The position numbers and the translations under genes are program-made. The notes under the pieces were generated by a model. The model did no database searches. It was not told where the DNA came from and worked only from the letters and a program-made list of their open reading frames with translations. Below are positions 39,178 to 52,144 of a stretch of DNA of 64,000 bases, one piece after another. This DNA is from Hypanus sabinus (taxonomy: Eukaryota). Where the stretch lies: contig NC_082706.1 of assembly GCF_030144855.1 (NCBI RefSeq), positions 106,268,001 to 106,332,000 of the forward strand, read 5' to 3'. The stretch's first letter is position 1. Every line of letters begins with the position of its first letter.

Positions 39178-39852
39178 TGTAGTGTTCTCGCTCGGCGTCT
39201 TAAGATAACGCTGAGCTAAACACCGAATTAAACCTTTGTCAATGACGACAGGATCCCAGTAAGATTAACCATTTACTGTTCACTCTTCCACATTAACGTA
39301 TGGTGAAAACTGTTGATAAAACAATACAAGATTTGTACAGCATTTGTTTCCTTCTTGATATTACAATGACATCGTAAATACTTGCAAAAGTAAAACTACA
39401 CCAACTACATTACATTAAAGTGCAGCATACAGTCAGAATCTACTTACGCCATTGACTGCTTTAAATACATTTCAACGCAAGCTATCCGCAACTCTTTAAC
39501 TAACGAAAACATAAACATTATCGACCGTCGTTACTTTTAACAGGATCGGCGTTAACATTTCAATTCAACATATCGATTATCTCATAACTCACAGCGTTGC
39601 CTTCACTATGTTTCCGGTGCGTAAAGAGAAAACGTTGCTGCTGCTTGCGCTCGCACATGTCTCGACCCCCACCTTCCCGTTTCTCCAAACCGGTATTTTC
39701 CCACAGGACGCGGCGAAACCGGATGAGACGTCATCGCACACCGCGCTATCTCACAGACAACTTTAAACAAGCCTAACTTTAACTAGAACGCTAACAAACG
39801 AATTACTAAGCGAAAATATTATAAACTAAATAACTGCCATAAAGGCAACACA
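39178..39852. mobile_element. Solo LTR (675 bp) with 5-bp TSD GGCCT, inserted into a SINE
   Basis: TGTA...CACA termini; GGCCT at 39173-39177 and 39853-39857; similar to 57477-58148. Confidence 0.85.
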
Positions 39853-40319
39853 GGCCTATTCCGCGCTATATCACAATGAATAAAAAAGTGAGAGGAAAAT
39901 GCTTGATGTTCTGTTGAAAAATTAGACAGAGTAAGTGATGTTGTGGGGGGAGGGGAATGTAGAACATAGCGATCACTGACTATCAGTTTTTACATGATTT
40001 TAGTAAAAGCTAAGGCTGGCCATCAAGTTAAATTCCTAGCATGGTGAAAGGCTAATTTTGAAAGTATTAGACAGGATTCTGCAAAAGTTGATTAGAAGAA
40101 GGTGTTTTGCTGGTATGGGCAGTGGCAAGCATCTGAAATGTGGATAGGAAGAGTTCAGGGGGTAACATAAGACCATAAGAAATAGTAGGTACAGGATTAT
40201 GCCATTTGGCCCATCGAGGCCGCTGCCCAATCCCTCGTGGTTGATTTATTACCCTTCTCAATGCCACTTTCCTGATTTCTCCCAGTAACCTTTGATGCAC
40301 TCAGACTCCTCACTAATCA

Positions 40320-42255
40320 AGAAGCTATCAACCGTTGCTTTAAGTATACCTTGTTAGATTGAAGGCCAAGGCTGGTGGGAATATGGAACCCTTGTCGTTG
40401 AGGGACGTTGAGTATTTCTTCAGGAAAAAGGAGGCAGATGTGAAGTACTGTCAGTTGGGATCAAGTGAATCCCATGAGCCGTAAACAGACAGAGGAGTAC
40501 ATTTGAGGAAAGTCGGGAGGACAAATATATCAGGTCGTTTTGGCAGATAAGGCAAAGGGGAATCCTAAGATATCCTTTAAGTATAAGTATATCAAGCGCC
40601 AGAAGAGTAACCAGGACAAATGTGGAGTCAGAATTGTGCCTGATTGAATTCTTTGAGGATGTGGGGAGTGGTCAGACCCCACTTGGTTCTGTGTTCAGTT
40701 CTGGTCATTTCACGACAGGAAGGATGTGGATACTATAGAAAGAGTGCAGAGAGGATTTACGAGGATGTTGCCCGGATTGGAGAGTGTGCCTTATGAGAAT
40801 AGGTTAAGGGAACTTGGCCTTTTCTCCTCGGAGTGACGGAGTATGCGAGGAGACCTAACAGAGGTGTATAAGATGAGGAGAGGCATTGATCTTGTGGATA
40901 GCCAGAGGCTTTTTCCCAGGGCTGAAAATGCTAACACGAGGGGGCACAGTGTTAAGGTGCTTGGAAGTAGGCACAGAGGGAATGTCAGGGGTAAGTTTTG
41001 ATGGATTCGATAGGATCTTATAAGAGACTCTTAGATAGGTATATGGAGCTTAGAAAAGTAGAGGGCTATGCGGTAGGGTATTTCTAGGCAGTTTCTGGAG
41101 TAGGTTACACGGTTGGGACAACATTGTGGACCGAAAGGCCTAAAATGTGTCAAGATTTCTATGTTTTATGTCTTATGTTTACAGTAGATAAGGCGTGATC
41201 TTAAATGAATATATATTACCTGTAATTACTGTAGAGAAGATCAGGAGACTAAGAAGTTCATAATAGAGAATATGATGTCTTGAAATATATCCACATTACT
41301 AAAGGGAAGGTGCCGACAGTCTTAAAATACATCAAAGTGGATACATTCCCAGGGCAATGATATTTCCATAACTGTCAGCTACATGCGTGGTAACAGAAGT
41401 GTATAAGGCAGCTACTGATGTGTTTGTTTGAGAAGTGGTGTAAGGACAAAATAGGAATCTACAGGGAGGCAAACCTAAAATCAGAGCCGGGAAATTTACA
41501 AGAAGATATGAGATATACCAGCAATTGGGATTGAATAGCCTCATCAAGAATAATCAGCATGATATTGTAGGTGGGAAATCATGCCAAGGAATTAATATTT
41601 TTGGAGAGGTAACCAAGGGGATCAATGAAAGCAGGGTGGTAAATGTTGACAACATTAATTTTAGCAAGCTTTAACAAAGTTCCACATGGCAAAATGAGCA
41701 GTGTAAGAGGCTCTTGGAGATTACAACAGGATACATGTAGATCATAACATTGGAGAGGTACAGGAACAGACAAGTTAGGAAAGTGTTTAATTGGAGTAAG
41801 AGGAAATATGAGGGTACCAGGCAGGAAATATAGAGACACAGAAAACATACAGCACAATATAGGGCATTCGGTCCCTGTACATACTTCGAAGCACCTTAAA
41901 ACTATGCCCTCTCATGCTAGTCATTTCAGCGCTGGGGAAAAGCCTCTGAGTATTCACACGATCAATGCCTTTCGTTATCTTGTACATCTCTATCAGGTCG
42001 CCTCTCATGCTCTGTCGCTCCGAGGAGAAAGGGCCAAGTTCACCCAATCTATTTTCATAAGGCATGTTCCCCAATCCAGGCAACATCCTTATAAATCTCC
42101 TCTGCACCCGTTTTATGGTTTCCACGCCTTTCTGGTAGCGAGGCGACCAGAACTGAGCACAGTACTCCAAGAGGGGTCTGACCAGGGTCCTATATAGCCG
42201 TAACATTACCTCTCAGCTCTTAAACTCAACCCCACGATTAATGAAGGCCAAAGCA
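40320..42255. mobile_element. Patchwork of CR1 3' fragments (40320-41175 +, 41828-42255 -)
   Basis: LRLYRTLVRPLLEYCAQFWSP motif (ORF 41787-42206); tttctatg tails. Confidence 0.7.
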
Positions 42256-44264
42256 CCAAATGAACTTGGAAGGAAAAATTGGGAACAGATGTTTTCAGGG
42301 CGTTTATGACAGAAATGTGGCAAACATTCAGGGGACATTTGCGTGGAGTTTTGCATAGGTACGTTCCAATGAGACAGGGAAAGGATGGTAGAGTCCAGGA
42401 ACATTGGTGTACAAAGGCAGTTGTAAATCTAGTCAAGAAGAAAAGAAAAGTTTACGAAAGGGTCAAAAAAGCTAGGTAATAATAGAGATCTTGAAGATTA
42501 TAAGGCTAGCAGGAAGGAGTTTAAGATTGAAATTAGGAGAGCTAGAAATGGCTATTAGAAGGCCTTGGCAGACAGGATTAAGGAAAACCTCAAGGCATTC
42601 TACAAGTATGTGAAGAGCAAGAGGATAAGATGTGAGAGAATAGGACCAATCATGTGTGTCTGTGGGAAAGGGTGTATGGAACCAGAGGAGATTGCAGAGG
42701 TACTTAATGAATACTTTCACTATGGAAAAGGCTCCTGGCGTTTGTAGGGATGACTTACAGTGGACTGAAAAGCTTGAGCATATAAATATTTAGAAAGAGG
42801 ATGTACTAGAGCTTGTGGAAAGTATCAAGTTGGATCAGTCACCGGGACTGGACGGGATGTACCCCAGGCTACTGTGGGAGGCGAGGGAGGAAATAGCTGA
42901 GCCTCTGGCGATGATCTTTACATGATCAATAGGGACGGGAAAAGTTCCACAGGATTGGAGGCTTTCGGATGTTGTTCCCTTATTCAAGAAAGTGAGTAGA
43001 GATAGCCCAGGAAATTATAGATCAGCGAATCTTACTTCAGTGGTTGGTAAGTTGATTGAAAAGATCCTGAGAGGCAGGATTTATGAACATTTGGAGAGAC
43101 ATAATGTGATTCGGAATAGTCAGCATGGCTTTGTCAAAGGCAGGTCGTGCCTTACGAGAGTGATTGAATTTTTTGAGGATATGACTAGACACATTGATGA
43201 GGGTAGAACAGTAGACTTAGTGTATATATATTTCAGCAAGGCATTTGATAAGGGGAGGGATGAGATCCAAGTGGACATTGCTTTGTCGGTCCAGAATTGG
43301 CTTATCCATAGCAGGCAAAGAGTGGTTGTAGATGGGTCATATTCTGCGTGGAGGTCGGTGACCAGTAGTGTGCCTCAGGGATCTGTTCTGGGACCCTTAC
43401 TCTTCGTGATTTTTATAAATGACCTGGATGAGGAAGAGGAGGGATGGGTTAGTAAATTTGCTGATGACACAAAGGTTGGAGGTGTTGTGGATAGTGTGGA
43501 GGGCTGTCAGTGGTTAAGGCGGGACATTGATAGGATGCAAAACTGGGTTGGTCAGTTTGGACGAGTTGTCCGTTTCCGTGCTGTGAATTCAGCTAGTCTA
43601 TCCCGGGTAAATAAATTCATTTGAAGATGAGGGATGCCGATAGACGGGAAAGCGGCGCCAGACTTAAAGGTCAAACATGATATTGATGAACCAGGAACGC
43701 GAGCAAGGATAGTCCCACCTGCTTCGATTTCCCCTCCGTTTATGCTCTCATCTCTGTGGCGTGCCGTTTGAACCTTCAGCATCTGAAGCGAGATCACTGA
43801 AATCACTCAGCGGGTCACGCTTCACGCATCCTTCGCTCCAGAGATTTAGATTTTGAATAATCGGCACTAATGAGGGAGAAAATGAGTAACAGGATAATAG
43901 GAGTGGAATGCCGGAGGCAGAATGAGGCCAGGAAGGCAAGTAAAGAACCGATGAACGGCTAAATTTGCCCCTCTCCTTTTGCATCCTGCATCCTCGTGGA
44001 TGGGAACTTGAGGGACAGAGGTTGAGTAACGTTTAAAGTGATGCCTTATGTATTCTAAAGTTCCACACCCGCAAACTGGCAACAGAAACCACTGCTGTTC
44101 GCCCCTCTCTCCAGGGTAAAGGGCGGACAATGAAAGTGTAAATGAAGATGATGGTGAAGGATACACTGCGCAGCCGGTGAAACGACCAGCCTGTATCCGG
44201 GTACTTGCTGATTACATCTCACTATGCTATGAGAGGAGCCAGCCCCTGAAAATTTCACCGCTAT

Positions 44265-44609
44265 ATCACGTCGCTCTGTTCACTGCTTACCACCCTTGCG
44301 CTTTCCCTCGCAAGTATGTCCACCACCGCTCCAGCTTTTTCCTTCAAGACAGCGTGGCTTCAGTGTCTTTTATTTGCAGCTGGATGTCTGGCCGAGGAAT
44401 TGAAGATGCCTCAGATTTTCGATGACATCCACTAGTATTACTAACTCGCCAACCAGGCATCCAGAATGATCCTGCAAAGGGCGAACGGAGCGGGATCTGG
44501 GAGTGTCTGCCAAGTTCTCAGCCGAGGGCAGTAACTCTTCATTCTCTCTTGTGATTGACAACATTGCCCTGACAGATGCCGCTATCTATTACCGTGCCCG
44601 CTGGGTAGG
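44265..44609 (+). pseudogene. V3 pseudogene copy b: ATC start, ~54-nt deletion removing the first Cys, two stop codons, second Cys changed to Arg
   Basis: Same leader and intron as 27839- (donor 44314, acceptor 44379). Reads CAG ATT TTC GAT GAC ATC CAC TAG TAT TAC TAA, and ends GAT GCC GCT ATC TAT TAC CGT GCC CGC TGG GTA. Confidence 0.88.
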
Positions 44610-44648
44610 CACAGAATGAAACGGTGGGAGAAGGGCGATACAAAAACC
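44610..44648 (+). other. RSS (23-nt spacer, variant heptamer) of V3b
   Basis: CACAGAA (44610-44616) + 23 nt + ACAAAAACC (44640-44648). Confidence 0.85.
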
Positions 44649-45640
44649 CCGAGTCTCTCCTGCCGCTCGGTGGTCCGCCGGGGAAAGGAAACTTCATGTC
44701 AATGACCGGAGATGTAGGCAGCGTTCCCACTAAATAAGAGGAGTGTTATTCTATTCAGGGATGCAGTGCTGAAGCGGGAAGGTACACGTGGTGCAGAATA
44801 CACAGGTGCGGCATGTCTTCAGAACAGCTAATGGAAGATAATTTACTGCAACGTTAGCGAAATTATGCTCTGTGTACGGAGCCACACCTGGAATATCGCG
44901 TCCAGCATTGGTCCAGTTATTTAAGGATGTCAATACTTTGACTGTTCTACATACTATAAATTACGATGATTGCACATGACACGTTTAGACAGACGTAACG
45001 TAAATATGTTTACTCCTCGTGTCTAAAGGGTGTAAGAAATAAAGTCAATTCAATTCAATTCAATTATTTGGAAGCATTTCAGAGAGGGTACATGGGAACG
45101 ACGGGTAAAAGGATGGACAGGCTGGATTCACATCCACTGGATGTTTTAATAGTAGGAGGATCTTAATTAAATCGTATTGTTCGCTGATGAATGTTGACAG
45201 TGAGGCGTGAAGAGAGGATGTTTCCATTCGTGGGAGAACCCAGAATGGGAGTCAGTGTTGAATGGTTGCTGCCCATTAACGAGAGAGATGAATAGAGGGG
45301 TTTCTCTCGAACGTCTGTGACTCCCGGAAGCTCTCGAGTAAGCAGGGACTTTGTATAATTTGAAGGCAGAGGAAGATTAATTATAGATAAGCAAGAGCGT
45401 GAAAGTTTGCCGTGAGCAGTCTAACTGAGGAATTGAGTGTGGATCTCTCCGAGGCATAACAGAAAGCTGCAGCGACGGGTGACTTCAGGCAGAGATGCCC
45501 GGTGTGCGTGGACAAGAATTCACCTTGGGATCACATTCGACCTCCTGCGCACAGCGGCTGGGTTGGGCTTCAGGGCCACGTGGTGGGGTGAGATCCGGAT
45601 TGAAGTTCAGAGCCGAGTCCGAATGGTGAAGGAGAGGTCG

Positions 45641-45648
45641 TGACGTCA
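45641..45648. promoter_or_regulatory. Perfect CRE palindrome ~100 bp upstream of the V2b ATG
   Basis: TGACGTCA at 45641-45648; ATG at 45749. Confidence 0.6.
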
Positions 45649-45748
45649 CAGAGCCAGAAGGAATCCGCAGTTTCCGGCAACAAAAAGGAGTGAAGCGGTC
45701 GGCGGGATCTCAGTCATCCGGATAAACGCGACGCTCTATCTCCCCAAC

Positions 45749-46193
45749 ATGAAGGTGTTTCTGACCGGCATTTTATTGACCTCCTTTCTCGGTCAGTGTT
45801 TCTGCATTTTAATCCCTGTTGTCCTTCGGTCTTCATCGCCACACTGTGGAATAATTCAATCATATTGTATTATTTTCTCCCACAGGTAAAGTGTCGCTTC
45901 AGATATTGACACAGGCTCAATTATCGATCACCAGGGCTCCGACAAAACCTGTTCACTTTCACTGTGATGTTCAACAAATCGACTTTGCGGAAGCTGTTAT
46001 ACATTGGTACCGGGAGAGGCCCGGTGAAGGCCTGCAGCGGCTATTGTATTTTAAGAATTCACCCGACACTCAGAAGGATGTGTCTGACGAACGGTTAATT
46101 GCGAGCAAAGTACCTGAGACTCAATCGTGCGTTCTGCTCTTGATGAATATCCGCGAGGATGATGCTGGCACCTACTACTGCGCTTACTGGCTA
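45749..46193 (+). CDS. TRGV: TCR gamma V segment, family V2 copy b (leader 45749-45791, intron 45792-45885, V exon 45886-46193); open
   Basis: Leader MKVFLTGILLTSFL; GTCAGT...cccacAG intron; complete V domain ending DAGTYYCAYWL. Confidence 0.9.
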
Positions 46194-46232
46194 CACAGTG
46201 ATGAAATGCGAAGGGAAGCCAGTACAGAAACC
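46194..46232 (+). other. RSS (23-nt spacer) of V2b
   Basis: CACAGTG (46194-46200) + 23 nt + ACAGAAACC (46224-46232). Confidence 0.95.
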
Positions 46233-47518
46233 CAACGGGTACCATGTGCATAACGTATTCACCGATTGGAGACCAAGTAACAGGTGTTGGGCCTCACGAT
46301 CTTCGCGAACATCTGCGTTTAAGGAACGCTATTCGTTGTTTTAAACCACGGTGCAATTTGCATTTTACTTTGTAGCTTCGCTGAATAAAGCTATTTTAAA
46401 TAAATTTGCGATGGACTATTAAACTGGATCCAAATTGCAAGAATGAGTAAGTGTCAAGAGCCCAAGTACCTGCTGACACACACAGAAAACCTGGTCGCGT
46501 GATCTCAATGAACCACACCTCAAATCCAATTATCGCTGTTCTGATCTAGGGCTATGGAGTTGTACAATATGTAAGCAGGTCTTTCGGGCCATTTTCCCTC
46601 CTACATTTATCCTACTTGCTCACCTTTCACAGTGTTATCCAGCACGGAAACGTCATTCATAGTGACCCTTCGCTATACGTGTGCCCCACCTGATTTCATA
46701 TACCTCTCTATCTCAAAGCCTCGAACTCTCTCAGGATAAATCCCAGTTCTCTTCACATTCCCCATAAACAAGTCTTTCTGTCCAGTTAACATTTGCGAAT
46801 CTTCTCTGCATCATAACGGAATCCTTCCTAAAGCTAGCCGATCAGAAATGACCACCGTACTCCAAGACATGAGAAAATTCTCAGATCCTGGAAATTCAAA
46901 GCCACCAGGACGATCTCGTCCAAAAACGGCTGTGTATCTATCCTGCTGAGTTCCTCCAGTATTTTGAGTATGTTACTATACTTCAATTGAGTTTTTACCA
47001 ATGTTTTACACATCAGTAACGTGATATCCTTAGAGTTTTAATCAATGAACTACTGGTGAAAGACTGCGAGCCAAACGAAGACTTCCGTGTCTCCGCCTCG
47101 ATCTCTCAGCTTTACATCCGTTACTGTGTAAATCCTGTCCTGGTTTAAGTTACCAAAAGGCAACACTTAAGATATCTCCGAGTTAAATTCCATCTGCTAT
47201 ATCTTGGCCTATTACCCGAGTTCATCGAGATCCTCTTGTAATCTTACACAACTTTCTAAGCTGACCGATGACAATTTTTGAGGTAGTCTGCAAGCTTACC
47301 AGCCATGTCATCTACATTCCGATTCATTTTTTTTTTTGCAGACGAGGAATAATAGTATCCCTGGCATCCCCGAGGAACTCCTTTGCCGTTTTTCCAAAGT
47401 AATACTCTGTGATTATTTGCCGCACATTCTCATAATCAGAACAATTGTCGAAGCGACTGAATGTGCATTGTTTATGGCGGTGTACCACGGAATGAACAAG
47501 GCTAAAGCTGATACTAAA

Positions 47519-48235
47519 GTAGAAATCCCACTGTTGTAATCAATACTGAAATCCTTCTGTTCTAAGAAATCCTACTACAAGGCAATTCGGTATCGTTATG
47601 ATTCACTCATCCTGGATCCCGGGTAATCTTACACTGCAGATCAAACTGCCATGAGGATTCGTCTACAAGGTCTTGCTAAAGTCCATGTAAACAAAACCCC
47701 TACTCTCATTCATTCTTTTAGTCACTTCTTTAATAATGTCAATTAAGTTCAAGACACGAGGCACTCCCAGATACTGGCTATGCTGACAGACCCCAGGGGA
47801 AAGCCACGGAAACAAGATTACTGGCACTGAGTATGGATGCGTGGTGCTGAAGTGAAAGAGGGAGAAGAGGGAAGCAGTAGTGAGATGGGACTCGGTAGTA
47901 AGAGGAACATACAGGAGGTTCTGTGGACGTGAACGGATTACTCGGATGGTACGTTGCTTCCCAGGTGGTAGTGTCGGGGACGTCTCGCATCGGGCCCACA
48001 GCATTTTGGAGAGGAAGGGAAAGCAGTCAGATGTCTTGGTACATATTGGCACCAATGAAATAGGAAGGTAAAGAAAAGAGGTCCTGAACAGAGAATTTAG
48101 AGAAATAGGCAGAAAGCTGAGAAGCAGAACGCCTAGAGCGGTAATTTCTGGACTGCCTCCTGTGCCACGCGCCAGTGAGGGTAGAAGCAGGAAATGCGTG
48201 GCTGAGAAGATGGTACGGGGGCAGGGCTTCAGGGT
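47519..48235 (+). repeat. ~0.7-kb direct repeat with 61248-61978
   Basis: Shared gtagaaatcc..aaatcctactacaaggcaattcggtatcgttatga..ggatcccgggtaatcttacactgcagatc and the following CR1 ORF1 fragment. Confidence 0.8.
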
Positions 48236-50772
48236 CTTGGATCACTGCGATCTCTTATGGGGGAGGTATGACCTGTGCAAAAGTGAAGGGTTGCAGCTAC
48301 ATACGACGGGGACCAATATTTTCGCAGGCAGGTTTGTTAGAGCTGTTGGGATGGGTTTGAACTAATTTGGCAGACGGGTGGGAACCGGAGTGAAGAGATT
48401 CAACATAGGTCGGATGGTAAGAAAGGAAAGATAGCGTGCAGTTAGACTGTCAGGAAGAGCAGGCAGATGGTAGGACAAAATTGCAGCCAGTGCATTAGTG
48501 ATGCAGAATCAAAAAAGCTAATAACTGTAGTACTCAGTTTTCTATCACAATGCACGGACTATACGAAACTATTTCAGAATGTCAGGTATGATGTGGCCAT
48601 CTCTGGATTGTGGTTGAAGGATGGTTGTAGTTGCGAGCTGAATCTCCAAGCTTACACGTTGTAGCAGAAGGTTAGGGAGGTTGGCAGAGGGGGTGGCATG
48701 GCTCTGCTGGTAAAGACTGGCATTAACTCAGAAGAAAGATGTGACATAGGATTGGAAGATGTTGAATCCTTGTGGGTTGAGTTACAAACTGCAAGGGTAA
48801 AAGGACCCTGATGTCAGTTCAGTACAGGCTACCCAGCAGTAGCTGGGATGTGGACCACAGATTACAGCAGGGAAATAGAAAAGCCTTGTTAAAAAGTCAG
48901 TGTTTTGATAGTCATGGGAAATTTTAACATGTAGGTCTGTTAGGGAAATCAAGTTGGTAATGGATCCCAAGAGAGTGAGTTTGTTGCATGCCTACAAGAT
49001 GGTCTTTGAGAGCAGTTTGCTGTTGAGCATACGAAAGAATCAGCTATACTGGATTGGTGTTATGTTAATGAACCAGAGGCAATTAGGAAGCTTAAGGTTA
49101 AAGAAAAACCCTTAGGTGACAGTGATCTTAATATGATTGAGTTCAACTTGCAATTTGATAGGGAGAAGTAAAGTCTAACGTAGCAGTATTTCAGTGGAGT
49201 AAAATAAAATACAGTGGTATAAGAGAGGGGCTGGCCAAAGTAAATTGGAAGTTGCTGACAGGGATGTCAGCAGAGCAGCAATGACGTGGGTTTCTTGGAA
49301 TAATGAGGAAGGTGACTTTTAGATGAATTTGAAAAACAAAGAAATACTCAAATGGCAAAATAGTACAATCCAGGCTGACAAGGGAAGTCAAAGCAAATGT
49401 AAAAGCAGAAGAGAGAGCACACAATAAAGCAAAAATTAGTGGGAAGGTAAAGTATTGGGAAGCTTTTAAAAACCGACAGAGAGCAACTGAAATAAACAGT
49501 AGGAGGGGAAGGACACGATAGGACAAAATCAGCATGGCTTTCTTAAGGGAAAGTCTTGTCTGACGAACCGAGTGGAATTCTTTGAGGAGATTACAAAGGG
49601 GGAGCAGTGGATGCTGTATATTTGGACGTTCCGAAGGCCTTTGACAAGGTGACACACATGAGGCTGCATACCAAGTTAAGAGCCCATGATACACGTACAG
49701 GGAAGTTTTTGGCATGGCTAGAGAATTAGTTGATTGGTTGGTGGCAGCGAGTGAGAATAAAACGATCCTTTTCTGATTGACTGCTAGTGATTAGTGGTGT
49801 TCAGTAGGGGTCAGTGCTTTTTTGTTATGCCGTATATCAATAACATAGATGATGGAATAGGTGGCTTTCTTGTCAGGTTTCTAGATGATATGAAGATTGG
49901 TGGAGAAAACAGGTAGGTTGGAAAGGACTTAGACAGATGAAGAGAATGGGAAAGAAAGTGGCAAATGAAATGCAATGCTGGAAAATGCATTGTAAAGCAC
50001 TTCGGTAGTGGAAATAAAAGCACGGACTATTTTCTGAATGGGCAGAAAATCCAAAAACCTGAGATGCAAAGGCACTTGGGAGTCCTTGTGCAGTACACCC
50101 CAAAGGTTACCTTGCTGGTTGAGTCGGTGGTGAGGAAGGCAAATGCGATGTTAGCATTCATTTCAGGGGGTCTAGAATACAAGAGCAAGGATGCGATGTT
50201 GAGGCTTTATAAGGCACTGGTGAGGCCTCACCTTAGGTATAGTAAACAGTTATTTGTTCCTCATCTAAGAAAAGACGCGCTGATATTGTAGTGGATTCAG
50301 AGGAGGTTCGCAAGGAAGATTCCGGGAATGAAAAGACTAACGTACGAGGCTTTAGGACTGTACTCACTAGAACTTAGAAGGACGGGTTGCATCTCATTGA
50401 AACCTGTCGAATGTTGAAAGGCCTAGACAGAGTGGATGTGGATAGAATATTTCCCATGGAGGGGGAGTCTAGAACAAGAGGGCATAGCCTTAGGAAAGAG
50501 GGGCATCCATTTAAATCAGAGGTACAGAGAAATTTATTCAGACAGAGGTCAGTAAATTTGTTGAATCTGTTACCACAGGCAAGTCGTTGGGCGGATTGAA
50601 GGAAGAGATTAATAGATTCTATATTGGAGATGGCATCAAAGGTTACAGGGAGAAGGCTGGGCAGTGGGGCTGAGGAAAGGAAAAAAAGGATTAGCCATGA
50701 GTGAATGGTGGAGCAGACTCGATGGGCCAAATAGCCTAATTATACTCCTATGTCTTATGGTCCTATGGTCCT
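47770..50772 (+). mobile_element. Decayed CR1 LINE (ORF1 esterase through RT and tail)
   Basis: VRCFPGGSVGDV..VHIGTNEIGR, LRLYKALVRPHL motifs; tatggtcctatggtcct tail. Confidence 0.75.
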
Positions 50773-51580
50773 AACAGTCTTGTCTTTCCAAGTGCTCTGA
50801 ACTCTCGACCCACAGAAATTGGTCCAGCAATTAGTCTGTATTTTGACCCATTGACAGTAGATGCTGAACGAAGAGGTCCCCCAATTTACCAATGTAGAAA
50901 AGGCCGCATTGGGATCAGCGGCAAGATTCCGGGAATGAAAGGGTTACAATACGAGGAATGAATCATGGCTCTGGACGTGTGTTCCCTGCAACAGAGAAAA
51001 CTGGGGTGTGGGGGGAATTACACTGAAACTTATCAAATGCTGAAAGGCCTCGATGGAGTGTAGGTAGGGAGGATGTTTCCGATGGTGGGGCATCCAGAAC
51101 CAGAGGGCAGGGCCTCAGAATGGAGGGCAGTCCATTTAGAATGGAGATGAGGAAGTATTTATGTTGCCAGAGAGTAATGAACCTGTGGAGGTCATTGCCA
51201 CACGTGGCTGTGGAGTCCAAGTCATTGGGTATATTTAAGGCAGAGGTTGATAGGTTCTTGATTGGTCAGGGCATGAAGGGTTTCGGGAAGAAGGCAGGAG
51301 ATCAAGGCTGAGAGGAAAATGGGTCAGCCATGATGAAATGTCGGAGCAAACTCGATGGGTCAAATGGCCTACTCTGCTCCTATATGTTATGGTCTGAATG
51401 TAGGTGAGGGAGCAGGTGAATAGGCAGGTGTAGCACTTTAGCAGCTTGTAGAGATAAATGCAGGGTGGGAGATTAGTGGGGAGGGACGAATGGGCAAGGG
51501 AACCACGGAGAGAGCGATGGCTGTGAAAAGCGGAAAGTGCTGGTGGGGAGGGGAACGGAATCGGGAGAGGTAATGATATG

Positions 51581-52144
51581 TGTAACCCTCTAGTTCGGCG
51601 GACGGCGTTAGTCTAGAGGAAAACGGTCTCAGGCCCCGCCAAACTTGTGAAATCTCATTTGTGTGGATGCTGCATGATGTTTCCCCCTGTTACAAATCAT
51701 TACCACGAAATTACAAACAGTACACCACATGCAATTAAACGATTTTGCTTTATAATTCTAAATTTAACTAGAGTGTTGGTAAAGACAACAAAAAGAAAAA
51801 GGGCCCATTGTAATGAAACAGTCTGATGTGCACGTTGGAGCTCACAGTTTTCCTGTCCGTTCGTTCTCCATCGATTTCCCCTGGGCGTCGTCGACTCCCG
51901 ACTCCATTCCTAGTCCACTCTGTCCTGCAATCCAAAACCTCTCCGTTCTGGCATCTTCTCTCTCCATCTTCTGCGGCACGAAAGCCCGCGAATACCTCAC
52001 TCTCGCGTACATACGAAGGTAAAAAACACTCCCTCATTGGACGCCGCACATTTCAAAGCCCCCGGTATCTCTAGTCATGACGCAAACACTGCTGCTACAG
52101 AGAAACCATTAAATTAGCAGTGAAATCTTTCCCAGGGCGTTACA
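51581..52144. mobile_element. LTR-like insertion (564 bp) with TGTAAC...GTTACA termini
   Basis: Terminal inverted TGTAACCCT / AGGGCGTTACA; absent from the homologous Penelope piece at ~4484; no clean TSD seen. Confidence 0.5.

Larger units (their letters stand above)
42302..46760 (+). repeat. Segmental duplication unit F (V3psi+V2); inverted partner of unit E
   Basis: Mirrored ORFs 26444-26650/45437-45643 and 28480-28998/42992-43624. Confidence 0.9.

Noticed and set aside
14590-46010. AID hotspot (WGCW) motifs in CDR1 of V1 and V2, given known hypermutation of shark TCR gamma
   Set aside because: WGCW also occurs in frameworks (1 of 2 sites in V1a and 4 of 5 in V2b), so no enrichment can be claimed.
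7225-46760. Inverted repeats as pure assembly artefacts
   Set aside because: The copies differ by many substitutions, copy-specific TE insertions with TSDs and distinct pseudogenising lesions. Block orientation still needs long-read confirmation.
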